64,000 nucleotides of DNA, from positions 512,001-576,000 of the forward strand of contig OZ240219.1 in NCBI GenBank assembly GCA_965197645.1, read 5' to 3'. The notes beneath the pieces were generated by a model, which had not been told where the DNA came from, made no database searches, and saw only the letters and a program-made list of their open reading frames with translations. This stretch comes from Dehalococcoidia bacterium (GTDB lineage Bacteria; Chloroflexota; Dehalococcoidia; Plut-88900). Made by a program: the position numbers and the translations under genes. Position 1 is the stretch's first letter; every line of letters begins with the position of its first letter. Below are positions 10,469 through 18,917 of this stretch, piece after piece.

Positions 10469-11758
10469 ATGGACAAACAAGCGGACGTAGCAGTGATCGG
10501 CGGAGGTATCGCGGGCAGTGCCATCGCCTACCACCTGGCCAAACGTGATGCCAAGGTGGTTCTCCTCGAAAAGGGCCAGATCGGCGATGAGCAGTCCGGC
10601 CGGGCCTGGGGCTTCGTTCGCCAGCAGGGTCGCAGCCCGCGGGAACTGCACCTGATGATGGAGTGCAACAAGATGTGGCAGACCCTCTCCGAGGAGCTGA
10701 ATGCCGACATCGAGTGGGTGCAAGGCGGCAACCTGGCTGTCGCCTACGACGAGACCAGGATGGGGGAGCTGGAGGAGTGGTGCCGGATGGGTCAGGAGCA
10801 CGGCCTCGAAGTCGAGATGCTGACGGGCCAGCAGGTCCACGACATGGTCCCCCAGGCCAGCGGCGTCTTCGCCGGAGGCATGTACACCCCGTCCGATGGC
10901 CATGCCGAGCCTATCAAAGCCACCACGGCCCTCGCCAGGGCTGCCCAGGAGAACGGCGCCGAAGTTATCACCAACTGCGCCGTGGAGGGCATCGAGACCA
11001 GAAACGGCGAGGTCACGGGAGTGGTCACCGAACAGGGGTTGGTGAGGGCGCCTGTCGTTGTGTGTGCGGCCGGGGCATGGTCGCCCAAAGTGGCGAGAAT
11101 GGTCGGCCTCTCCCTGCCCTATCGAGTGGTCAGGGCTACCGTCACCGAGACCACCCCCACGGACCCGATCAGCGACGTAGGCTATTGGGCCCCCGGCCTA
11201 TCCTTCCGCCAGCGACCCAACGGCAGTCTGTACGTGGCCTCCGCCGCCCGGTCCGACTACGACGTGGACCTGGAGTCCTTCCGGGACATTGGCATGTTCT
11301 TGCCCAACTTCCTCAAGAACAGGCAGCATTTCAAGATAAACGTCGGCAATGAGCTGGTGCAGGACGTCCTTCGCTCCATGCCCTGGTCCCCGTCCAAAAA
11401 ACACCCGTTCGCCCACACGGTCGGGGTCGAGCCAACGCCGAATCAGAGCACCGTAACCACGACCATGCGAAGGTTCCACAAGCTGTTCCCCTCGCTGGAG
11501 TCCGTAGGCGTCCAGAGGATCTGGGCGGGAAGGATCGATGCCACCGCCGACGCCGTACCCATCATGGGCGAAGTCAACACGCCCAAGGGGTTCATCTTCG
11601 CCACCGGGTTCAGCGGACACGGCTTCGCCATGGGGCCGATAGTCGGAAAGGTCACCTCGGAGCTGATCCTGGATGGCAAGTCCTCGCTGGACCTCCATCC
11701 CCTGCGCTACAGTCGGTTCAAAGAGGGCGATATGGACCAACCCAAGGCCGTCCTCTAG
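10469..11758 (+). CDS. FAD-dependent oxidoreductase, DAO/sarcosine oxidase beta-like
   Basis: GGGIAG, EQSGRAWG, TGFSGHGF; RBS AAGGAGG 8 nt upstream. Confidence 0.92.
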   Translation: MDKQADVAVIGGGIAGSAIAYHLAKRDAKVVLLEKGQIGDEQSGRAWGFVRQQGRSPRELHLMMECNKMWQTLSEELNADIEWVQGGNLAVAYDETRMGELEEWCRMGQEHGLEVEMLTGQQVHDMVPQASGVFAGGMYTPSDGHAEPIKATTALARAAQENGAEVITNCAVEGIETRNGEVTGVVTEQGLVRAPVVVCAAGAWSPKVARMVGLSLPYRVVRATVTETTPTDPISDVGYWAPGLSFRQRPNGSLYVASAARSDYDVDLESFRDIGMFLPNFLKNRQHFKINVGNELVQDVLRSMPWSPSKKHPFAHTVGVEPTPNQSTVTTTMRRFHKLFPSLESVGVQRIWAGRIDATADAVPIMGEVNTPKGFIFATGFSGHGFAMGPIVGKVTSELILDGKSSLDLHPLRYSRFKEGDMDQPKAVL

Positions 11759-11889
11759 CCAGGCTTCTGCCCGTCATACTCCTTGGGCGTAGTCCAATCC
11801 GACGTGGCCGTCTGTCTCGAGCCGGTCGTACTCCTCCTCGGAGACGCCCAACAGCTCCTTGTACACATAGGGGTTGTGCTCACCCAGGC
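11503..11889. repeat. Direct repeat copy 1 (387 bp) of the convergent oxidoreductase/CoA-transferase 3'-end junction
   Basis: Matches 13237-13623 at offset 1734; mismatches cluster in about 11740-11807. Confidence 0.95.
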
Positions 11890-12034
11890 TACGTTGGCTT
11901 AGAGGAATGCTTACCGCAGTTTAGGGGCATGCTTACCGTCTCGCCGAGATGCACCCACGTGACCTCCCGCCTGCATTGGCCACATACGAAGAGCGGTATA
12001 CCCTCGAAAGTACGATCCGAAAACTCGACTTGTG

Positions 12035-12343
12035 TCACGATGTGCAGGGGGTGTTTGGCCATTTCAGCACAACTCCTTTAGGGCCGCGTTGCTCGGGTAG
12101 GGCATACCGCCCCTCTACAATCCGTATTAGTTGACCTGCGTCTGTCATGTCAGAAGCAATACCGCGGACCGTGTGTTTGAACCGTACCGCCCTCCATGAG
12201 GACTTGCGCTGGGCTCTCTCGGAAAGGTCTATCATTGCTGCAATCTAGCCATCAATATCTGCCGGGGTCCGCCTCTCCGCCTGGGGCCAGAGTGCATTTT
12301 TCATGGCTTGACGCCAAAAGCCCGCCAGGCTTCGATTAGGCAT
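12035..12343 (-). pseudogene. Possible winged-helix protein interrupted by an in-frame TAG
   Basis: MPNRSLAGFWRQAMKNALW..DG*IAAMIDL..HTVRGIASDMTDAGQLIRIVEGRYAL; TAG at 12245-12247. Confidence 0.35.
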
Positions 12344-12370
12344 CGATCAAGGCCTTCATGGGTGACACTT

Positions 12371-13171
12371 CTAACGGCACTCGGAGAAGTTCTGAGTCGC
12401 AAACACCGTCTCGTGTATCCACTTTCCTTCTTGAGACTCTTGAATGGCAATGCCAACTCCGATTCTACGGGCGAAAGGATCCAAGATGTTCTCTTTGTGC
12501 CCCGGGCTGTTCATCCATCCTTCGACCAAACCTTGTGCTAGGGTCTGTGAATCCTCGATATACTCTGCGGGCTTCCCAGTGTCCCAACTGCTTATCAGCC
12601 TGGGGAATTCATAGATATTCTCACTCAATCCGTACGTATAGGAACCGTCGGAGCGTTGGGCTTCGCAAGTGTACCCTGCGTCAAGTGCCCGGTCAGTCGG
12701 GTCCTTTCCCTGAATCTCGTGAAACATTCCGAACTGGACCATGTTCTCGCTGTGCCCCGTTGCTATGGCACCAATCGCGGGATCGTGGATCAGTTCGGGC
12801 ATATTAGCTGCCTTCCGTTCCTTGTTCGTATAATGCATGACCCATGTGGCGATCTCTCCCGCTTTCAACGGTTCGTCACCAGGGTATCGGATGATCTGTT
12901 CACGGTCCGATTCCGGTATCCCAAACCATACCACTGCCCCCACAATACCGGCTAGGAGAACCGCCATCAGTAAGAAAAGTGAGGTTGGGAACCCGGACTT
13001 TGACCGGTTTATAGGCTGCGGCCGACGCCGGGGATTTCGGGAAGGCGGAGAAGGTTGCGGGGAAAGTTCTGCTCCCGCTTTCACCATAGACAGTCGCCGT
13101 TGCGTACATTCCTGACAGGTGCAGTAAGGAGGGTGTTCGTCACGGTTCCACTCGTCTGCTCGCCTAGTCAA
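12371..13171 (-). CDS. Membrane-anchored CAP/SCP domain protein with N-terminal CxCxxC motif
   Basis: HPPYCTCQEC, one TM helix, NKERK..HSENM..ENI..WMNSPGHKENIL..IGVG. Confidence 0.88.
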   Translation of the reverse strand: MTRRADEWNRDEHPPYCTCQECTQRRLSMVKAGAELSPQPSPPSRNPRRRPQPINRSKSGFPTSLFLLMAVLLAGIVGAVVWFGIPESDREQIIRYPGDEPLKAGEIATWVMHYTNKERKAANMPELIHDPAIGAIATGHSENMVQFGMFHEIQGKDPTDRALDAGYTCEAQRSDGSYTYGLSENIYEFPRLISSWDTGKPAEYIEDSQTLAQGLVEGWMNSPGHKENILDPFARRIGVGIAIQESQEGKWIHETVFATQNFSECR

Positions 13172-13236
13172 ATCCCTCCCTCGATGAATCTATGCTGGAG
13201 GTGGGATTGTACACCATCAATTCGAGGACTTCAAAA

Positions 13237-13623
13237 CGTGGGCGTCCAGAGGATCTGGGCGGGAAGGATCGATGCCACCGCCGACGCCGTACCCATCATG
13301 GGCGAAGTCAACACGCCCAAGGGGTTCATCTTCGCCACCGGGTTCAGCGGACACGGCTTCGCCATGGGGCCGATAGTCGGAAAGGTCACCTCGGAGCTGA
13401 TCCTGGATGGCAAGTCCTCGCTGGACCTCCATCCCCTGCGCTACAGTCGGTTCAAAGAGGGCGATATGGACCAGCCCAAAGCCGTCCTCTAGCTGGGCTC
13501 CTGCCTGTTACACGCCCTGCGCGTAGTCGAATCCGACGTGCCCGTCTGTCTCGAGCCGGTCGTACTCCTCCTCGGAGACGCCCAACAGCTCCTTGTACAC
13601 ATAGGGGTTGTGCTCACCCAGGC
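13237..13623. repeat. Direct repeat copy 2; contains a 3' fragment of the FAD oxidoreductase (13237-13492) and the true 3' end of the CoA-transferase
   Basis: Translation VGVQRIWAGR..QPKAVL is identical to the C-terminus of 10469-11758. Confidence 0.95.
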
Positions 13624-14821
13624 ACGGCGCCGGATATCGGATGGTGGCATCGGCTCGACCGATCCGCCCTATCACACCGGGGTACCTGTAGGTGCCAGCC
13701 TCCCGATGAGTCACTTCCTGGAAGAAGCCCAGGGCCTCCAGCTGAGGGTCCGCCGATGTTTCGGCCTCATCCATTACGACCCCTGCCGCCACTCCCTCGC
13801 TCTGAAGCGCGTCCATCACCTCCCATGCGTCCCGTACAGCCGTCCACTGCTCGATGTGCCGGTCCAGCTCGTCCTGGTTCCGCCACCGGCTGAGCACGTT
13901 GTCGAACCGGGCGTCGGCGGCCCATTCAGGGTCGCACATGACGCGCCTGAGGCGCTCCCAGTCCTCATCCGAGGAGACGGAGATCGTGACCCATCTGTCG
14001 TCCCCCTTGCACCGGTAGCACCCCTGGGGCGCCATCGAAGTATCCCTGTTGCCCATCGCTGCCTGCACCCGCCCGTTCATCGTGTAGTCCAAGGTCATCT
14101 CGCTCAGGAGGGGAATCAGTCCCTCGGCGAGCGCCACGTCGATCAGCTGGCCCTGGCCGGTTATGTCCCGATGCCTGAGGGCCGCCACCGTCGAAAACGC
14201 GGCAGTTACACCTCCCATGGCATCCGAGGGGTACACGTCCTCTTTCATCGATTGGTCCACGTCCTCGTAACCCCGGACCCAGGTGTGTCCTATCAACCCC
14301 TCGATGTGGGATCCCCAGGCCCGGTAGCTACTGTAAGGCCCGGTCAGCCCGTAGGCCGGCATTCTGACCATTATCAGGTCAGGCCTGATCTTCGCCAGCG
14401 CGTCGTACCCCAGCCCGAGCCTGTCCATCAGGTCCGAGGAGTTGTTCTCGATCACTACGTCGGACACCTGCACCAGCTCTTTGAAACAGGCCGCTCCCTC
14501 GGGCCGTCTCAGATCGACCGTCACCCCCAGTCTGTTTCGACTGAAGCTGTTGAACAGTGCCGTACGGTTGTAGGGCCGCTCTCCCGGTTCCCACCCGGGA
14601 TAGGCCCACGACCAGATGCGCTGGTCATCCGGTACCGTCTTCGGATGGGGCGTCATACCCCTGTGGCCGGGATGAAAGAGCTGCCTTGATTCGACCAAGA
14701 TAACCTCGGCGCCCCAGTCGGCCAGCAGCAACGCGCCGTAAGGTCCAGCCCATGCCTGCGTCAGATCGATTACCCTGATTCCGCTCAGGGGCAACACGTC
14801 GCTCTCTCCCTTCGATGTCAT
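13508..14821 (-). CDS. Family III CoA-transferase (CaiB/BaiF), catalytic-Asp-containing subunit
   Basis: LSGIRVIDLTQAWAGP, LADWGAEVI, YPSDAMGG, APCLGEHN. Confidence 0.92.
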   Translation of the reverse strand: MTSKGESDVLPLSGIRVIDLTQAWAGPYGALLLADWGAEVILVESRQLFHPGHRGMTPHPKTVPDDQRIWSWAYPGWEPGERPYNRTALFNSFSRNRLGVTVDLRRPEGAACFKELVQVSDVVIENNSSDLMDRLGLGYDALAKIRPDLIMVRMPAYGLTGPYSSYRAWGSHIEGLIGHTWVRGYEDVDQSMKEDVYPSDAMGGVTAAFSTVAALRHRDITGQGQLIDVALAEGLIPLLSEMTLDYTMNGRVQAAMGNRDTSMAPQGCYRCKGDDRWVTISVSSDEDWERLRRVMCDPEWAADARFDNVLSRWRNQDELDRHIEQWTAVRDAWEVMDALQSEGVAAGVVMDEAETSADPQLEALGFFQEVTHREAGTYRYPGVIGRIGRADATIRYPAPCLGEHNPYVYKELLGVSEEEYDRLETDGHVGFDYAQGV

Positions 14822-14824
14822 TTT

Positions 14825-16060
14825 CTAGATCACCCCGGTCTGCCGCAGCCGCTGCAGCTCCTTGGTACTAAACCCCAACACGCCGCAGTAGACCTCCCGG
14901 TTGTGCTGTCCCAGCGTCGGCGCCGGGCGGCTCACCTGCCACGGAGTCCCACTCATGATTCCCGGCCTGCCCGGCTGCCTCACCGGACCAGTAACCGGAT
15001 GCTCCACGTCGACCCATACCGAGCGGGCCCGGGTATGAGGATTCTCCACGCTGTCCGCCGGTGTGTTGATGGGGCCGGACAACAGTTTGTTGGCGTTGGC
15101 CGCCGCCACCACTTCCGACGTCGGGCGGCTCAACACCCACTCCAACACGTATTGCTGGAGAAGGAGCATGTTCTCGTCCCTGTATCTCTTGTCGGGGTCG
15201 TTGAACCTGGGGTCCGCCTTCAACTCGGGACGGCCTATCATGTCCAGGATCCCTTGACGCCTGCCGCCATAGGACGGGTTGAGCATGTTCACGTAACCAT
15301 CCGCGGTGGGGTAGATACCGACACCGAAGGTATAGCTAGGCGGCTGTCTGCGCGATGTCTCGCCCGTATATGCATATGCGCCCAGCATAGGCATCCACCT
15401 GTCGATGCTTCCGGCCTGGGTCTCCATAATCGATACGTCGACGTGCCGGCCTGCGTCGCGCCCTCCCAGACCGGCCAGCGCCACCGAAGTGAGCAACGCC
15501 GCCACCGCGCCCGTCTGGTAGAGGACTATGCGGCCGCCCATCTTGACCGGCGATCTGTCGGGGTGCCCCGTGACCCGGAGGGGCCCGCCCATGCCAAAGC
15601 TCACCAACTCCGACGATCTGTAGTCCCGGTAAGGCCCCTTCCGGCCGAAGTTGCTCACGGATGTCATCACTAGGCCCGGACTGATCTCTTTCAGGGCGTC
15701 GTACTCAATGCCCAGCCTCTCCATCACGCCGGGCCTGAAATTCTCCACCACCACGTCTGCACCGCTTACCATGCCCTTGAGTATGTCCACGCCCATCGAG
15801 GACTTGAGGTTCAGGGTGACACCCCTCTTGTCGGCGTTCAGGTAGCCGAACAGCCCGCTCTTTTCGGGGTGAGCGTCGTCCCGATGGAAAGGGCCGAGCC
15901 GTCTGGCCGGGTCTCCGCCCCAGGGCCGTTCCACCTTGATCACATCGGCGCCCATGCCGGCCAGCATCCGGGTGCAGAACGGACCTGCTTGATGATGGGT
16001 GAGGTCTACGACCATTATGTCGGAGTAGGGACGACTTACTGGAGGAAGCATCGCTTGCAA
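14825..16060 (-). CDS. Family III CoA-transferase, subunit lacking the catalytic Asp
   Basis: AGPFCTRMLAGMGADVIKVE, ENFRPG, GGRIVLYQTG in place of the Asp motif. Confidence 0.9.
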   Translation of the reverse strand: MQAMLPPVSRPYSDIMVVDLTHHQAGPFCTRMLAGMGADVIKVERPWGGDPARRLGPFHRDDAHPEKSGLFGYLNADKRGVTLNLKSSMGVDILKGMVSGADVVVENFRPGVMERLGIEYDALKEISPGLVMTSVSNFGRKGPYRDYRSSELVSFGMGGPLRVTGHPDRSPVKMGGRIVLYQTGAVAALLTSVALAGLGGRDAGRHVDVSIMETQAGSIDRWMPMLGAYAYTGETSRRQPPSYTFGVGIYPTADGYVNMLNPSYGGRRQGILDMIGRPELKADPRFNDPDKRYRDENMLLLQQYVLEWVLSRPTSEVVAAANANKLLSGPINTPADSVENPHTRARSVWVDVEHPVTGPVRQPGRPGIMSGTPWQVSRPAPTLGQHNREVYCGVLGFSTKELQRLRQTGVI

Positions 16061-16068
16061 GCGGCTCC

Positions 16069-16116
16069 TGTCCCCGCCTTCTAGTACAGCTGCCCGATGA
16101 GTTGGGTGTTGCCCAT
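16069..16116. repeat. Direct repeat of the 3' end of the grdE-like gene (left copy)
   Basis: 44/48 identical to 17579-17626; minus strand encodes MGNTQLIGQLY*. Confidence 0.9.
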
Positions 16117-16143
16117 GTACACTCTCGACATACCGATGGAGGG

Positions 16144-16344
16144 TTAGTCTTCCTTAGCGTTGTACCGAGAGTCGGAGTCGTCTGGGGACATGGTGGTAAT
16201 CTTGATGGCATCGATGATTGCCCACACGCCAAGCCCACCAATGGTGAGCACCTTTGCGATGCCCTTCCCCGGCTGACCCAAGTAGAATTCGAGTGCGGGC
16301 CAGAAGATCCACGCCAAGACGATTGCGGTCGTCCTATTCTTCAT
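16144..16344 (-). CDS. TM2 domain small membrane protein
   Basis: KNRTTAIVLAW..FYLGQPGKGIAKVLTIGGLGVWAIID; RBS GAGGAGG. Confidence 0.85.
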   Translation of the reverse strand: MKNRTTAIVLAWIFWPALEFYLGQPGKGIAKVLTIGGLGVWAIIDAIKITTMSPDDSDSRYNAKED

Positions 16345-16400
16345 CGTGATTCCTCCTCAGCCTTGCTAAATTCTGAATTTTGGTCGGCACCTATTTGTTA

Positions 16401-17186
16401 TTATAGGTCAAGTCCTCCTCCAGCTAGACGAACCAGGTCATCAGCAGACACGAGGTTTATCGGCTTGTCCCTGACAAAGCGCCTCACGCTGCTGGTGAAA
16501 CCTCCGGTGCAAACCAGGATGGCTGCATCTGCCTTGAAATGCACCATGCTCCCGTAGAGCGCCCTGACGATCTCCGGTGAAACCCGGCCTTTGTAGCCCT
16601 TGCTCTGGAGGACAGTGGTCTTCCCCTCCTTTTCCAGGAATAGATCGACTCCGTCATCCCCTGATACCGGCGTCGTGCTTACCTGGTAACCCAACCGCTT
16701 GTATAGCTGTGCCAGCTCCCGTTCCAGCTCAACGTCCTTCAAAGACATCCAGTAGTCATGACGTTTGCGAATCTCCGCCCGCTCAGCCTCTTGGCGCGCA
16801 TTCTCGGCTTCTCTAGCCCACCTCTCATACGCTGCCACATCTTCTTTGTACATCTCGACCCAGAAGGCAACGTGGCTTTTAACCAACTGCCGTTTATGGA
16901 ATGCCCCCCAGATCAACATGACAATGATCAAAGACATAAACAAAGCGACCACTCCGGGAAAAAAGGCGAGTACCCATTCTTCCTCAATGACGGCCCAGAC
17001 AGCGAGAGCTACCGCTCCGCAGTAGCTGACGGCGAAGACCGTTATTAGTGCTCTGTCGTAGTCGCCAGTATCAGATATGAAGTCATCATACTGCTTCTGT
17101 GTAAGCCCGTAGTCCTGAAGCACAGGTGCCTTACGGGGGACATCGGACGCCTTCTCGGGACTTACCCACGGGTCCGAACGTGTCAT
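16401..17186 (-). CDS. Membrane-anchored Mrr-like (Mrr_cat) restriction endonuclease domain protein
   Basis: Two TM helices, coiled coil, then ELE..LGY..GDDGVDL..LQSKGY..VRALYG..CTGGFT. Confidence 0.85.
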   Translation of the reverse strand: MTRSDPWVSPEKASDVPRKAPVLQDYGLTQKQYDDFISDTGDYDRALITVFAVSYCGAVALAVWAVIEEEWVLAFFPGVVALFMSLIIVMLIWGAFHKRQLVKSHVAFWVEMYKEDVAAYERWAREAENARQEAERAEIRKRHDYWMSLKDVELERELAQLYKRLGYQVSTTPVSGDDGVDLFLEKEGKTTVLQSKGYKGRVSPEIVRALYGSMVHFKADAAILVCTGGFTSSVRRFVRDKPINLVSADDLVRLAGGGLDL

Positions 17187-17207
17187 CACTCCTCCCGATA
17201 CGTCAGG

Positions 17208-17423
17208 TCAACGCAGCCTTCCTGAGTGTTCGTCCTCTTGGACGTCATCCACCAAGTAGTACCATGGGTAACCTTGCCAGAGTGCGGCATAGGCCTTGAC
17301 GCCAGCTTGGTCTAGATCGAACCCTGCATCCCTAATCATCCGGAAAAAGAGAACGAGCATGTCAGTGTCAACGAACCGCCCATCGATTATCATGTTTGGT
17401 CCATCAAGAATCGTATAGGGCAT
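17208..17423 (-). CDS. Hypothetical protein, 71 aa
   Basis: ATG preceded by GAGGAGGGG; co-oriented with the cassette genes. Confidence 0.5.
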   Translation of the reverse strand: MPYTILDGPNMIIDGRFVDTDMLVLFFRMIRDAGFDLDQAGVKAYAALWQGYPWYYLVDDVQEDEHSGRLR

Positions 17424-17578
17424 GACACCCCTCCTCGGTGGTTCTCTGGATAAATCGGTTGTCAAATAGTCGGCATTTTGCTGGGAATCTCTCCGCCGCC
17501 ACAGCCTTTGCAAACGCTTCCGCCTCTCGCTCACCACCACGTTATGTTCAGATTGTAGTACCACCGGAGGCGTGGAAG

Positions 17579-17626
17579 TGTCCCCGCCCTCTAGTACAGC
17601 CGCCCGATGAGCTGGGTTTTGCCCAT
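17579..17626. repeat. Direct repeat right copy (functional 3' end of the grdE-like gene)
   Basis: Encodes MGKTQLIGRLY*; matches 16069-16116 at offset 1510. Confidence 0.9.
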
Positions 17627-18898
17627 AGGGCCTGTCGCTCCGTACAGCTTCCTTACATCCAGCTCGATGGGGCCGGCGGCGGGCACGTCGGAGTTGAGGA
17701 TCCTGCTTCCCCCGATAACCCTATCGACGGCGGGCAGGTCTACGTTGAGGTTGATATCACCGGGGTTTACGATGGCGTCGGCCTCCGGGACCCAATAGGT
17801 GAACCCTGGATCGCCCCGGCTTGCCGTCATTTCCGCGGCCGCAAGTGCGGTGCTGATGCCCGCCTCCTCGCAGGCTCGAATGGTCAGCATGTGTCCCACC
17901 GAGGGATGCCCGTCGCTCAGCGGGGCCACCACCGCCCCGTCCACCTCCAGCCGGCGAGCGCTCTCCACTACCGCGTCGGCCTCCGCCTGCTTCTCCTCCA
18001 GGGTGTAGCCGAATCCGTTGAACAGTATCACGCCCCTGAAGTCCAGGTCCCGGCCGTGTCGTTGATACAGCTCCTCTATCAGGGCGTTGTTCTGGTACAT
18101 GTACGCCGCGCTTCTCCAGTTTGCGCCGAGCCAGAACAGGGAACCGGTCATCGCTCCATCCAGGACCTCGTTGGGATGCAGCGTACGTCCCGAGCTCTCA
18201 GAGGGGTCCATCGAGCCGTAGACGGCGGCGCCCATGGCCTGCATGACGTAGGCGATTTTCGGCAGCCCCTCGTCTACAGGCGTCAGCTCATACACCTGGG
18301 AGCTGTCTGGGGTCTGTCCCCTGACCGATTCGGCGATGAAGCTGGCCGCCTTATAGCACAACCCCCGCGTGGACTCCATCAGGGCCGAGGCCTCGTCGGT
18401 CTTGCTATCCACGACAAAATTGAGCCTGTCGACCGGGTCCAGTTTTTCACGTGCCGGTTTGGGTACGAAGGTCAGCACGATGTTTATGGTCTTGGAAAAT
18501 GGTGAGTAGGCCGCTCCGGGGCCGCTCATATCGATGACTGCCTCCCGAGCGTACCAGTACTCCTCTCCGGCCAAGGGCTCGGCTACACCCATGACTGCCA
18601 CACCGGCCAACCTGCCGGCCCTCCCTTGCCCAGCCTTTCCAACGGGACCCGTCACACCCGGAAAGAGCGCCTCGGGCCCCGAGTCTTTGAGCCGGGGCTC
18701 CACTACATCGAGAGCGTGGACTATCCTGACCGACTCCCCCGGCCGGGCGATATCGATCTCGATATCCGCAAACAGCGACCCTTCCAGTAGATGCCGGCGG
18801 AGCGTGTCTCGGTCGATCGTCAGCGTTCCGTCCTTTAGCTGTGTCTCAGGGCCAAAGACAGCGTCGCCGACATGGTGAGTCCCTACTTCTAACCGCAT
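17591..18898 (-). CDS. Glycine/sarcosine/betaine reductase component B subunit (GrdE-like) paralog 2
   Basis: MRLE..FG..T..GTL, IARPGESVRI..DVVEPR, IDMSGPGAAYSPFSKT, HPNEVLDGA, YQNN..LYQRHG. Confidence 0.88.
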   Translation of the reverse strand: MRLEVGTHHVGDAVFGPETQLKDGTLTIDRDTLRRHLLEGSLFADIEIDIARPGESVRIVHALDVVEPRLKDSGPEALFPGVTGPVGKAGQGRAGRLAGVAVMGVAEPLAGEEYWYAREAVIDMSGPGAAYSPFSKTINIVLTFVPKPAREKLDPVDRLNFVVDSKTDEASALMESTRGLCYKAASFIAESVRGQTPDSSQVYELTPVDEGLPKIAYVMQAMGAAVYGSMDPSESSGRTLHPNEVLDGAMTGSLFWLGANWRSAAYMYQNNALIEELYQRHGRDLDFRGVILFNGFGYTLEEKQAEADAVVESARRLEVDGAVVAPLSDGHPSVGHMLTIRACEEAGISTALAAAEMTASRGDPGFTYWVPEADAIVNPGDINLNVDLPAVDRVIGGSRILNSDVPAAGPIELDVRKLYGATGPMGKTQLIGRLY

Positions 18899-18917
18899 TG
18901 GCGCCCTTTCATATCCT

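Noticed and set aside
13055-13492. Second FAD oxidoreductase gene
   Set aside because: Only the duplicated C-terminal part is homologous; no FAD-binding N-terminus
13538-14689. Long antisense ORFs (also 17438-18505, 49338-50408, 52828-53931, 58917-60107)
   Set aside because: Shadow ORFs opposite well-supported genes, expected at high GC
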